32,000 nucleotides of DNA from Cupriavidus necator (GTDB lineage: Bacteria > Pseudomonadota > Gammaproteobacteria > Burkholderiales > Burkholderiaceae), in the NCBI RefSeq assembly GCF_016127575.1, contig NZ_CP066019.1:420001-452000 (forward strand). The letters run 5' to 3'. Shown here piece by piece: positions 1-8,792 of the stretch. Made by a program: the position numbers and the translations under genes. A model generated the notes under the pieces. That model searched no databases. It was not told the origin of the DNA and worked only from the letters and a program-made list of their open reading frames with translations. The first letter of the stretch is position 1. Each line of letters opens with the position of its first letter.

Positions 1-749
1 AAGTCGAGGAATGCCCGCACGTTGGGGCTTGCGCGCCGGCTCTCGGGCCATAGCGCGGTAATGTTCGCGCGAGGGACCGCTAACCGCGGCATGACCGGGA
101 CCAGCTCCCCTCGCATCACATGCGTCGCCGCCAGATAGGTCGGCATGATGCCGATCCCGCCGCCGGCGATGACGATCGACGCCACCACGTCGCTTACATC
201 CGCGACGATGCCCGCATCCGGAGCAATCTCGACCAGCTCCCCATCCACGGAAGACGGCCAGCGCAACGCCTGGCCCGAACTCTGGAAGCGGAATTTCACG
301 CAGTCATGCCGATCCAGCTCCTCCGGGCGCGTGGGCGTGCCTTTCCGAGCCAGGTACGCGGGCGCGGCAAACGCGCAGATCCGGTGCGGCGCCAGATGGC
401 GCGAGATCAGGCGGGAATTCGGGAGATCGCCCACGCGGATGGCGATATCGATGCCCTCGGCAACGAGGTCGGCCATCTGGTCGCGGATGCGCAGGTCGAC
501 CGCGAGGGCGGGATGCCGCGCGCGAAATAGCACCAGCGCCGGTGCCAGCACATGCACGCCGATCGGATACGGCGCCGCCACGCGGATTATCCCGGAAGGA
601 CCGTTTCTAGTGGAAATCGCGGCCTGCTGTATTTCCTCCGCTTCGTGCAACAGGCGCATCGCGCGCTCGCGCAACCCCTCGCCCTCGTGGGTCAGGCGCA
701 ACGACCTCGTTGTGCGGATGAACAGCGGGATCCCGAGCTGCTTCAACAC
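1..749 (-). pseudogene. LysR-family transcriptional regulator, 5'-truncated (about 45 N-terminal aa of the HTH missing); last few C-terminal residues lie beyond the left edge
   Basis: The reverse-strand frame is open from 749 to the window edge. It reads VLKQLGIPLFIRTTRSLRLTHEGEGL...IIRVAAPYPIGVHVLAP...AEGIDIAIRVGDLPNSRLISRHLAP...ITALWPESRRASPNVRAFLD, which is the LysR HTH tail, linker and effector-domain layout. It is absent from the ORF track because there is no in-window stop. Similarity ends abruptly at ~750. Confidence 0.75.
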
Positions 750-957
750 GCTTTCACCCGGCACCACCGACACCCCGCTGTTGGGCCGCACGCTCGGCGA
801 CGCCAGCGGCGGCTATGTCACGGAGCTCAGCGCACGGCTGCCGCTGAAGAAGATCGTTCCTATGCAACAGGCTGCCGCCGCCGTCATGTTCCTGATCCAG
901 AACGACTTCATGAACGGCGAGACGCTGCACATCGACGGCGGCCAGCGCCTGGTTTGA
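745..957 (+). pseudogene. Short-chain dehydrogenase/reductase (SDR), C-terminal ~70 aa fragment only
   Basis: The tail of ORF 145..957 reads NTLSPGTTDTPLLG...KKIVPMQQAAAAVMFLIQNDFMNGETLHIDGGQRLV*. This is the typical SDR C-terminus (xSPG..T.m, then G..l.vDGG). The upstream part of the same ORF is antisense to the LysR fragment and has no SDR Rossmann or catalytic motifs. Confidence 0.7.
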
Positions 958-1581
958 GCCGGCCTTGCCGGCAGCCAACGGCCAGGTTCCGTTTGGCCGG
1001 GGACGACATTGACCTAGCCTCACGCCGGCCGGCGCTCTTCAACGATCTTCTTGTCGCTACTGGCTGACGTGCCGGGCCCGGACGTCGCGCAAACTCATGA
1101 CTTTCTTCCTGCTGGCTCCATGAGCACCGAACCAGGCTAATTGCGGCGCACGAAAGAGCCGCCATCTGCGGCTGATCCTCTACTTACCGCTTTAGGAGTC
1201 CTGAGTGCTTCGAACGTTGCACCGACGCGATACCACCAATAAGTAGGCTTCGATAACCTCGCGTTGTTTGCGAGCATTGTTTCGGACGTCGCCGCGATTG
1301 CCCACCCATTCTTGAAGCCCTCGTCAACATTGTCGACAGCTTTTCTATTGTCGGACGGCGGCTGATAGTGCCTAGCACGAAGCGATCGGAGACCGCTCCA
1401 TCGACAGCAAGGAGTCGGGCCATGCCGGGGGTAACATTCAGGTACGTGTGCGACGTACTCCGGCGCGGGTGGTACACCGGGTTCTGCCTGGTTACAGGTT
1501 TGAGAGCGTGCTGCTTTGACGTGAATCAATCACAGGCGGAAGAGCTTACGTAAGCTTGAATCGTTGCTATAGGAGGCCGGG

Positions 1582-2022
1582 ATGACCATTGTCGTGCTAC
1601 CGAGCGACGGCTCGCCATACAGCATTAGAGCCGCGAGAAGACTGGTTTCTCCCGGTCTCTTTGAGCGCCCGCTGGAAGTGCACCTAGTGCACGCGTTTCC
1701 CGATATCAGCGGCAGGGCGCAGGCATATTTCTCGAAGCCCCAGATCGATCAGTGGGCAAACGAGGCCGCAGATAACGCATTCCAGGCAATTCGCCCATTA
1801 CTGAAGGCGGCTCACTGTGCGGTGACCGAACATGCTTGCATTGGTGAGCCAGCGCCACGAATCGTAGACGTGGTGCTAGCGTGCCGAGCCGACGTCATCG
1901 TCATGGGCACGCACGGCCGGGGCGCTTTCCTGTCGGCCGTCCTCGGGTCGGTGGCAGCGCGCGTGTTAGCTTCCTCTCCCGTTCCGGTCTTGCTGGTGCC
2001 TAAGCACCATGGCCATGACTGA
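1582..2022 (+). CDS. Universal stress protein (UspA family)
   Basis: 146-aa ORF. AGGAGG lies 6 nt upstream of the ATG. The C-terminal motif VIVMGTHGRGAFLSAVLGSVAARVLASSPVPVLLV is the Usp ATP-binding G-x2-G-x9-G(S/T) region. Confidence 0.85.
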   Translation: MTIVVLPSDGSPYSIRAARRLVSPGLFERPLEVHLVHAFPDISGRAQAYFSKPQIDQWANEAADNAFQAIRPLLKAAHCAVTEHACIGEPAPRIVDVVLACRADVIVMGTHGRGAFLSAVLGSVAARVLASSPVPVLLVPKHHGHD

Positions 2023-2238
2023 AGTGCGGCCACGGTGACACGCGATAGAGGTGAGTCTGCAGCAGTGCATGTCTGCGGGTTCCGCTGCTAGCGCAGGGGG
2101 ACGGCTGCCGTCACAGACCGCATGTTGTCGTGCCGTCGCTTGTCGGCAGCTCATGTACAATCGCCGATAGGGTGTCTACGCTGCACGTCGCAGTGAGACA
2201 GGTTAATGCGTTGGTCGGGCCGCCAACGCAAATGCTCT

Positions 2239-3651
2239 ATGACTGTGGACCGACTCCCGCCCCCACCGCCCCCACCACGGCAACCATTGCCGCGTGCTCA
2301 AGTTTTAGCCGAGAAGGCATTCTCGGCGCTCGAACATTTTCTTCATATCGAGGCCGTCAGCGGCATTGTCCTGCTCGCCGCCGCCGGGATCGCGCTACTT
2401 TGGGCGAATTCCCCCGCTTCCCACAGCTACCACGCCCTATGGCATACCCCGCTCTCATTCGGGATAGGTAGCCATCTGGTATCGCAATCCCTGCATTTCT
2501 GGATCAACGACGCCCTGATGACCATCTTCTTTCTCGTCGTTGGGATGGAAATCCGGCGCGAAATCCATGAGGGAGCGCTGGCGAACGTGCGCCTTTCGGC
2601 CCTGCCAATGGCTGCGGCGCTTGGTGGCGTGATCGTCCCCGCGTTGATCTACCTCGCGATAAACACAGAGATGCCCCAGCGCCAGGGTTGGGCGGTGCCA
2701 ACCGCTACTGACATCGCGTTCGCCGTCGGGGTGCTCGCGTTACTCGGCAAATCCATACCCGGCAACGTTCGAGTGTTCCTGCTCGCGCTGGCGATCATCG
2801 ACGACATTGTCGCGGTCCTGATTATCGCAGTGGCCTTCTCGGGCGGGTTGGACTATGGGGGGTTTCTTGTTGCAGGTACAGGTATTCTAATGGTCCTGGG
2901 GCTGCAATGGATCGGCGTCGGAACCGCCTATGCTTACGTCGTACCGGGGGCCATTCTGTGGCTGGGAATGCTGAAGACCGGTGCCCACCCGACGCTCGCT
3001 GGCGTCGTGCTTGGCATGATGACGCCGGTACTGCCCGGTCGCACGCGAGAACGGCCTTTGGATGTGGCCATGCGTGCGCTCCTTGATCTGCGCGCTCGCG
3101 CGACCGCTCGGACACCTAAACCAGAACACATCGCGGCACCGCTTAAGCAACTGCGTCACGCCCAGCGGGAGCTACTACCGCCCGTGATCCGTGTACAGAT
3201 GGCGCTTCACCCTTGGGTCGCCTACCTTGTCATGCCGCTCTTTGCCTTGGCAAATGCCGGAGTGAGCATTGATGGCGTCGATCTCACTAGCGGCGGATCG
3301 CTAGGCGCGATGTTTGGTGTTGTCCTTGCACTGGTCGTAGGCAAACCTCTCGGCATCGTGTCGGTCAGCTGGCTGGCCGTACGCCTGGGCTGGTGCCAGT
3401 TGCCGCCCGACGTGACCTGGCGCGGCGTATGCCTGGTTGGACTACTGGCCGGCATCGGCTTCACGATGTCGATATTCATCGCCACGCTTGCGTTCGAGGA
3501 TGTCAACCTACTTGGGGCTGCCAAGCTTGGCGTGCTCTTGGCATCGGCGATAGCTGCCACCATAGGGCTGACCTGGGGTTTCATTTATGCCAGGGGCCGA
3601 AGACCGAGCATGGAACGAGCCGACGAATCTACTGCGGCGGCGTCCGACTGA
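2239..3651 (+). CDS. nhaA: Na+/H+ antiporter NhaA
   Basis: Contains [52 protein letters not shown] and [12 protein letters not shown] (the paired Asp of NhaA). About 12 TM segments. The start is placed at the ATG at 2239 ([10 protein letters not shown]...). The maximal ORF starts at 2206, so the start is uncertain. Confidence 0.9.
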   Translation: MTVDRLPPPPPPPRQPLPRAQVLAEKAFSALEHFLHIEAVSGIVLLAAAGIALLWANSPASHSYHALWHTPLSFGIGSHLVSQSLHFWINDALMTIFFLVVGMEIRREIHEGALANVRLSALPMAAALGGVIVPALIYLAINTEMPQRQGWAVPTATDIAFAVGVLALLGKSIPGNVRVFLLALAIIDDIVAVLIIAVAFSGGLDYGGFLVAGTGILMVLGLQWIGVGTAYAYVVPGAILWLGMLKTGAHPTLAGVVLGMMTPVLPGRTRERPLDVAMRALLDLRARATARTPKPEHIAAPLKQLRHAQRELLPPVIRVQMALHPWVAYLVMPLFALANAGVSIDGVDLTSGGSLGAMFGVVLALVVGKPLGIVSVSWLAVRLGWCQLPPDVTWRGVCLVGLLAGIGFTMSIFIATLAFEDVNLLGAAKLGVLLASAIAATIGLTWGFIYARGRRPSMERADESTAAASD

Positions 3652-3684
3652 AGGGGCTACGCGTGCATCGGCGTGGGAAGTTGC

Positions 3685-4125
3685 TACAGAATCGAGGCTA
3701 GCCATACCGCGATGATCGCCTCTAAACTCAATGTCACCACCAGCACCAGCTTCGCCACGCCGGTGACGTCACCCAAACTGATCGAATGGGTTTCAACCCG
3801 GGTAATCAACCTAGCACGCAATCGCAGCGAGCGGTTGACCATCAGGCCCAAGGGTGGAGGCCGTCATCATCCCAAAGCCGCCAAGCTGGAACAGTGCCAT
3901 GATCACCGCTTGGCCGAATCCGAATCCGGACCAGTAAGTTCCCGTGTCGACGATAACTAGGCCAGTCACGCAGACCGCCGAGACTGCGGTAAAGAATGCG
4001 GTGAGCCAGGGCGCGCTCCCGCCATCGACGCGTGACCAAGGCAACATCAACAGTACGCTGCCTGCCATGATGGCCAGCAGGAAACCCATGGCGACGGTCC
4101 GGGTCGGATGCAAGGATCGTTTCAT
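3685..4125 (-). pseudogene. TrkH/KtrB-family K+ transporter, N-terminal remnant (about 145 of ~450 aa, with internal stop/frameshift)
   Basis: ORF 3811..4125 reads MGFLLAIMAGSVLLMLPWS...WLTAFFTAVSAVCVTGLVIVDTGTYWSGFGFGQAVIMALFQLGGFGMMTASTL, which is the first M-P-M unit with a TAxSxxxxTGL pore motif. After the stop at 3811 a shifted frame continues RLITRVETHSISLGDVTGVAKLVLVVTLSLEAIIAVWLASIL* and ends at 3685. The remaining ~300 aa are absent. Confidence 0.65.
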
Positions 4126-4220
4126 GCACAGAATTGTGCTATGAGACGTGTCACAAATCTAACATTTCCACAGACCACCATCTTTGCACCATCTGGGCGC
4201 AGGCTTCCTGGCGTCAATGG

Positions 4221-5084
4221 TCATCGCATTCCATTGCGGACTTCCTGCAACACCTCATCGAAAGTGTCAACGCGGATCATGCCCAGCCGCGGAAACTCCA
4301 AGTCGACGATGACATAGAGTGTCACCGTCAGCGAGGCCACGAAAAAAAGCGCATGCAACCAGTTTCGAGGACTGCGGCTGGCCATGCCATAGCCCGCAAA
4401 CAAGGCCCCAACCCAGCAAAGCGCGAAAAGCATGCCGAAGATGACGACGGGTGGATGTTCCTTTGTTGCTGCGAGTCGGGTCGATGCCGTGTCGAACGCT
4501 GCATTGAGGGCTGGTAACAGAAGCATGGTGGCCGCCGTACTAGCGGTTCGCTGGGACTCCGTTACGGATCTTGTCCAGAGGCGTTCACGCAGCACGTCCG
4601 AACGTACCAAGGAAGCCTCGACGCGTTTGCGGTTTGGGACGGCTCGATAGGCGTCAAGCCGGGCATCGAGATATTGCCGGAATATCTCCTGCAACTCACT
4701 ACGTGCTGGTGGCGGTAGCAGATCCAGACGCAGGTAAGCAGTGCCGATATCGTTGGCTTCCTGGACGATCAGCGTACGCCGCATATCAAAGCGGCTTGCC
4801 GCCCCGGAAAAGGTGAAGGCGATCAATAGCCCAAGCAGTGCGAATATCGCGCTTGCGACCGCGCTGACGCCCGTTGTCTCCGGTTCGCGACCGGAGGAAA
4901 CCTGCCATTGCCACACCAGCCGGCCGAGCTCCAGGGCGATCAGGATACTTATGAATATTCCGACCGCCAACACCAGCCCGCCGGCCCAATCGGCACCATA
5001 AAGTAGTGATGCCAAAATCGTCTCCGGTGCATTTCCGCGATGCGCGGTTTCAACGTTGAAGACGGTATGGAAAAGCTTCGTCAC
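4221..5084 (-). CDS. DUF4239-family membrane protein (hypothetical)
   Basis: The layout is TM, then a helical linker, then 2 TM. Motifs include IFALLGLLIAFTFSGAASRFD..R..IVQEANDIGTAYLRLDLLPPPARSELQEIFRQYLDARL and the C-terminal LYVIVDLEFPRLGMIRVD..FDEVL. The track ORF extends to 5213, but its first ~40 codons run into the integrase repeat/hairpin. The start is therefore placed at the GTG at 5084; the TTG at 5015 is an alternative. Confidence 0.65.
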   Translation of the reverse strand: MTKLFHTVFNVETAHRGNAPETILASLLYGADWAGGLVLAVGIFISILIALELGRLVWQWQVSSGREPETTGVSAVASAIFALLGLLIAFTFSGAASRFDMRRTLIVQEANDIGTAYLRLDLLPPPARSELQEIFRQYLDARLDAYRAVPNRKRVEASLVRSDVLRERLWTRSVTESQRTASTAATMLLLPALNAAFDTASTRLAATKEHPPVVIFGMLFALCWVGALFAGYGMASRSPRNWLHALFFVASLTVTLYVIVDLEFPRLGMIRVDTFDEVLQEVRNGMR

Positions 5085-5172
5085 AGTATGTGCGCTTCCG
5101 CACAGGCGTCCGATAGCCGGGTGGAACTGACGCTTGAGCGTCGGCGTCACGGCATAAGCCAACGTCCGTAGA

Positions 5173-5678
5173 TGGCCGGCAAGCGCTCCCCTCGCCGGCC
5201 AGAGGTTTGTCACACTTCGGTCTGCTCAGCCATCTCAAGCGCGTCGTCGACTTCGATACCGAGGTGGCGAACCGTGCTCTCCTGCTTCGTGTGGCCCAGC
5301 AGCAATTGCACTGCGCGAAGGTTCTTGGTTCTACGGTAGAGGAGCGACGCCTTGGTCCGCCCCATGGTGTGGGTGCCGTACGCCGTGTCGTCTAAGCCGA
5401 TGGACTCGATCCAGCGATGTACGAGCCTGGCGTACTGACGTGTGGACAGGTGGGCCGAGGCGTGAATCCGACTCGGAAACAGAGCATCCGACGAGCGCAA
5501 TCCGCGATGGGCGATCCATGCCTCAAGACTTGAGCGGGTCTGCTCCGTAATCTCGAACTGAACCGGTCTATGCGTCTTTTGCTGGATCACCATCGCGCGG
5601 ATACTAACGCGGGTGCCCTGACAAACGTCTCGTACGCATAGCCTTGTGAGATCACACGCTCGAAGCTTGCTATCGATC
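5173..5678. repeat. Direct repeat copy A (506 bp), ~99% identical to 10524..11031
   Basis: Base-by-base comparison shows 3 substitutions and 2 single-base indels. Both copies start at tGGCCGGCaagcgctcccctcGCCGGCC and end at ...gaagcttgctatcgatc. Confidence 0.95.
5210..5678 (-). pseudogene. Small tyrosine-recombinase (phage-integrase family) gene, 5'-truncated copy A (C-terminal ~2/3 retained)
   Basis: ORF 5210..5593 reads ...KTHRPVQFEITEQTRSSLEAWIAHRGL..FPSRIHASAHLSTRQYARLVHRWIESIGLDDTAYGTHTMGRTKASLLYRRTKNLRAVQLLLGHTKQESTVRHLGIEVDDALEMAEQTEV*. Similarity to the longer copy B stops at 5678, so the N-terminal ~55-60 aa including the box I Arg (KLRACDL) are missing. Confidence 0.85.
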
Positions 5679-5917
5679 CACCTCCATGCGCCCGGCCATT
5701 CAAGTTGCCCCTGGCGCCGGAGTCTGATCAGGTGCAGGCTGGACTGCTACTGGCAACGTCATCCCTGCCGCAGTTCGACGCTGTTCGTACTTAGGGTACA
5801 GGGCGGCGGTTCATTTTCCGCGGGCAGGCGCTAACGCATGCCTGGGCGTGGCGGTGAAAACGGACGCTCTTCGACCCATCTCGATCGTTCGTATGTCGTC
5901 CATGGAATGACGGTTCT

Positions 5918-5995
5918 TGGCCGGCAAGCGACCGCTCGCCGGCTGTCAGGTTGTCACACGTCAGTTTGCTCCGCTATTTCTACATCAAGTCCTTC
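5918..5995 (-). pseudogene. Third, divergent remnant of the same module (hairpin plus last ~14 codons of an integrase gene)
   Basis: tGGCCGGCaagcgaccgctcGCCGGCtgtcaggttgtcacacgtcagtttgctc aligns with the start of repeats A and B at roughly 70% identity. The reverse frame reads EGLDVEIAEQTDV*, compared with LGIEVDDALEMAEQTEV* in A and B. Confidence 0.6.
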
Positions 5996-6002
5996 CTGAT
6001 CG

Positions 6003-6035
6003 AAAAAAGAGGCTCCCTTTGAAGCCTCCTTTTCT
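6003..6035. terminator. Bidirectional intrinsic terminator-like hairpin
   Basis: aaaaaaGAGGCTccctttgaAGCCTCcttttct: a 6-bp GC-rich stem flanked by an A-run on one side and a T-rich run on the other. Confidence 0.55.
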
Positions 6036-6079
6036 ATATTCGTGGAAAGAAAAAATCTGTTTTGGACACACCTCTTGAG

Positions 6080-6241
6080 TTAGAGACCGCTGCCGTAGTT
6101 GGTGGGTACCCAGCTATATGCATTCCCATCACGATGGATATGCCCCAGACTAGGAAAAGAGATGTGCGCCGCGGCCACCCAATATCCCTTTGCAGCGGCA
6201 TCGGCAAATGCCCTTTTTTTTACGCTGCCTTGCCGTAGCAA
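6080..6241 (-). CDS. Possible small protein (53 aa, TTG start), hypothetical
   Basis: The reverse frame reads (M)LRQGSVKKRAFADAAAKGYWVAAAHISFPSLGHIHRDGNAYSWVPTNYGSGL*. GAGGG lies ~11 nt upstream of the TTG and the hairpin at 6003..6035 lies 45 nt downstream of the stop. It is below the 60-aa track cutoff. The GYWV...YSWVP pattern weakly resembles YXWGXW-type repeat proteins. Confidence 0.25.
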   Translation of the reverse strand: MLRQGSVKKRAFADAAAKGYWVAAAHISFPSLGHIHRDGNAYSWVPTNYGSGL

Positions 6242-6556
6242 CTTGGCATCTCGGCCCTCTTTGTCAGGTTTCCGTCATCCATGAGCAGGTGGAACTGGGA
6301 ATCCGCTTCGGTGAGGAGAGCCGCGGAACGGCGGAAGTGGGAACAACGTAACACGCAGCCAGCCGCCGCCGGTCAGGGCGACGGAAAACCTTCAATGCTC
6401 TATTCGGTAAGCGAGACGCGAGCGATTCGCACTGAGCATTTCGAATATCGCACCGCATTGACTCCAGTGACTCGCTAGCTCGCTGGAAGGGTCGCATTTT
6501 TCGGGGCCGTGTTTTCCAAAACACCCACCCACGAGAAAGCGTCGCACCACCGCTTC

Positions 6557-6739
6557 ACCCTTGACGTTGCGTGGCTCGTTGCCGAAGGAGTTGCGCTCAA
6601 GGACCTTGCCGTCGAGGACATGGACCAGCAACTCGACCTGCTTCTCCTTGGCGCGTTCGGTTCCGGCGGCGAGAGCTTCATCTTGCGTTTCGAACGTTTC
6701 ACGTCCGACGCATTCCGTTTCAATTGGCCAGCGGCCTCC
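6557..6739 (-). pseudogene. DUF2188-like coding remnant (no canonical start, abnormal C-terminal read-through)
   Basis: The reverse frame reads GGRWPIETECVGRETFETQDEALAAGTERAKEKQVELLVHVLDGKVLERNSFGNEPRNVKG. This matches my recollection of the DUF2188 pattern (GGW.V....F.TQ.EAI...R..A....EL.IH..DG.I...DSYGNDP.P.KG). There is no ATG/GTG/TTG before the conserved N-terminus, and the frame runs on for 55 more codons. Confidence 0.35.
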
Positions 6740-6959
6740 AATCGTTGGACGTCGCAGCCCCCGGCGGCGAACGCAGCGCGGGAAGCGACAGCGCGGCTAC
6801 GCGCTGCGTCAAGCCAGTAGCGCGCGGGGGCACATGGCTACCAAGTGTGGCAAGTCCGAGCAATGTCTTGTGAGGCCGGGAGGAGCCTGCCCACACGAGC
6901 ATTCCCGGCCTCGCTTTTTTAGGTCGGTTATATGTGCCAGCCAAGGCGACGCGCAACAT

Positions 6960-8033
6960 CTAGGAGCGCCCGGCCTGTACCGGTGCGGCGCGGCGGCCGA
7001 GACGCGCCCCCGGGCCGCGGTAGGCGGGGAAGTAGCTGTCCAGATCCTCCAGCGTTGATTCGTCACCGCCGCACAACTCCACATAGCGGTCGGGATCGAC
7101 CACCAGGCGCTGGGTCCGATACACATGCGTGTCGGGCGAAAAGCCCCGTTTGAATTCGTGCAGCGAGTCGCTGGCCGAGCCCCCCAGGCCGCCGCCTAAG
7201 TGAAGGTAGCGCAGGCCGTTGACGCGGCCCCACTCGCGTGCGGAGTGGATAACCGTCTTGGTGGGCTGGTAATGGTGATACGCCCGGTCCCATCCGGCCA
7301 AGTGATACTGCATGATGCCGGTGCCGCGGGCTACGGTGACCAAAGCCCCGCCGATCACCGTGTCGGCCTGTTCGGCTACGAACAGCAGCAGATCGCCGCC
7401 GAGCGCACGTACCAGCATCTGGTAGTGCGTCGCGTGGAAGAAGTAGTAAGGCGCGGCACCCAACCGTCTCATGGTCCAGTTGTACAGCTCGATGAAGCGC
7501 GGCAGCGTGGCGAAGTCCCGGTCCAGCCGCGCAGTAACGCCCGCGCGCCGAGCGCGGCTAATGCCTTCCTTGTGGCGCTTCTGCGTTTCCTGCCACAGTC
7601 GATCTGCGCTTTTGGACAGGTCGATCGAAACGGTCGTGCCATGGTTGACCACGCGTCCCAGAGGGCTGTCCCAGCCTGCATTGAGCAGCGGATGCAGGCG
7701 GATAAACCAGGAGATACAACCACGCTCGCGCAGCAGAGCCGTGGCAGTGGCCAGTGCTTCGTCGGCAAATTGCGCCGGTGCCCCGGCGCTCAGTACCGGG
7801 CCACCGTAGCCATAGGCCGTGGTTGCGTCCCAGGTGCCGCGGGAAATCGCGCGGCGCACCAAGGGAACCAGCAGTATATGAGTGCCGTCAGTAACGCGGA
7901 CGGCAGCGGCGCTGCCGTGGTCGATGCACTGCGCAGCGGCGTACCAGCCGGGCGTGTGGTGGCAGTCATGGTGGCAGCGCGCCAGTGTTGTGCGCCACGC
8001 CGGGTTGGCTGGCTCCAGCAGGCTAGAATGCAT
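6960..8033 (-). CDS. FemAB-like / GNAT (Acetyltransf_6-type) acyl- or aminoacyl-transferase
   Basis: 357-aa ORF with the family layout: YGYGGP, LWQETQKRHKEGISRARRAGV, FIELYNWTMRRLGAAPYYFF, LLLFVAEQADTVIGGALV, GIMQYHLAGWD, IHSAREWGRVNGLRYLHLGGGLG....SLHEFKRGF. The opposite-strand ORF 7200..8102 is low-complexity (Arg/Ala/Gly) and is judged a shadow. Confidence 0.7.
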   Translation of the reverse strand: MHSSLLEPANPAWRTTLARCHHDCHHTPGWYAAAQCIDHGSAAAVRVTDGTHILLVPLVRRAISRGTWDATTAYGYGGPVLSAGAPAQFADEALATATALLRERGCISWFIRLHPLLNAGWDSPLGRVVNHGTTVSIDLSKSADRLWQETQKRHKEGISRARRAGVTARLDRDFATLPRFIELYNWTMRRLGAAPYYFFHATHYQMLVRALGGDLLLFVAEQADTVIGGALVTVARGTGIMQYHLAGWDRAYHHYQPTKTVIHSAREWGRVNGLRYLHLGGGLGGSASDSLHEFKRGFSPDTHVYRTQRLVVDPDRYVELCGGDESTLEDLDSYFPAYRGPGARLGRRAAPVQAGRS

Positions 8034-8048
8034 CGAAGCGCCCGGCTT

Positions 8049-8792
8049 CTAGCCACCGTCGCGGACCACATCTTCAGCCGGGTGCCTGCGGCGCCGGCAT
8101 AGTGCGCTGAGCGACGAGGCAAGCAGCCGCTCGCAATGGCGCAACCATGACTGCCGCAGAACGGCACCCGGCGACGGGCACGGCTGGACGATTTCTGTCG
8201 ACACTTCAGGCCGTAATCCAGGCAGTGCGAAAATAGCGTGCCCCCTGTGCTGGGACAGCAAGTCCTCGCGACTAACTTCCTGCACCCCGCCGTCCCAACC
8301 TGGCAAGGCGACCAAAAACCGCCCGTGTTCGCAGCGCTGAAGCAGAACGCACGGTCGGTTCTTGCCCAGCAACAGGATGACCGGCAACGAGGTGTCCGCG
8401 ATATCGTCAAGCTCCCGCTCTACCAGCCGGGTCGACAAGCCGGCGCGTGTCGCCGCGGCGCAGAGGAGCGGAAACGTCAGGCCCTGTCCTTCCAGCGGCA
8501 GCCCTTCGAGTAGTACAGCGGACGGTACAGGCCGTTGCAAGGCCCGGTTCAGCAATAACAGGCAACCCAGCATCGGATCGTCCGCTCCCGTCAGCTGTCT
8601 CATTGCGGCAGGCGGCTCCCGGCGGCCAGTAATGAAATACAGGTCGGAAGTGCCGGAATGCGCGGCGGATGTCCTCCTGGGTTGCTGTGTCTGCCGCGAT
8701 GGCACTGATGCAACTTCTATGTCTTGTGCCGGCGCCTCGCACAGCGCAAGGCCAGCCGCCGCGTGTCGCTCGCGTGGATACCGCTCACCCAT
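8049..8792 (-). pseudogene. Type I secretion ABC exporter (LssB/LapB-like), N-terminal C39-like domain stub only
   Basis: Reads DDPMLGCLLLLNRALQRPVPSAVLLEGLPLEGQGLTFPLLCAAATRAGLSTRLVERELDDIADTSLPVILLLGKNRPCVLLQRCEHGRFLVALPGWDGGVQEVSREDLLSQHRGHAIFALP, then SWLRHCERLLASSLSAL (start of TM1). The similarity is lost there and a stop follows at 8049. No TMD or NBD is found in any frame downstream. The start is uncertain: ATG at 8792 preceded by GGGGGG, while the track ORF starts at 8864. Confidence 0.6.

Noticed and set aside
1137-1529. 130-aa minus-strand ORF between the SDR stub and the Usp gene
   Set aside because: I recognise no family and see no RBS. Only the last ~60 codons look protein-like (...FKNGWAIAATSETMLANNARLSKPTYWWYRVG...). 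It may be another remnant, but that is unsupported.
2206-2290. Poly-proline run (PPPPPPP) and upstream extension at the NhaA N-terminus
   Set aside because: It lies before the conserved NhaA core and is probably just a variable cytoplasmic N-tail or partly untranslated. It is not evidence of a separate feature.
5085-5213. N-terminal extension of ORF 4221..5213 (MTNLWPARGALAGHL...)
   Set aside because: The extension runs through the integrase stop codon and the repeat hairpin. The same sequence recurs at 10524-10590 in a non-coding context, so it is unlikely to be part of the DUF4239 protein.
7200-8102. 300-aa plus-strand ORF opposite the FemAB-like gene
   Set aside because: Its composition is Ala/Arg/Gly/Val-rich with no family features. 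The minus-strand frame shows the FemAB/Acetyltransf_6 motif series.
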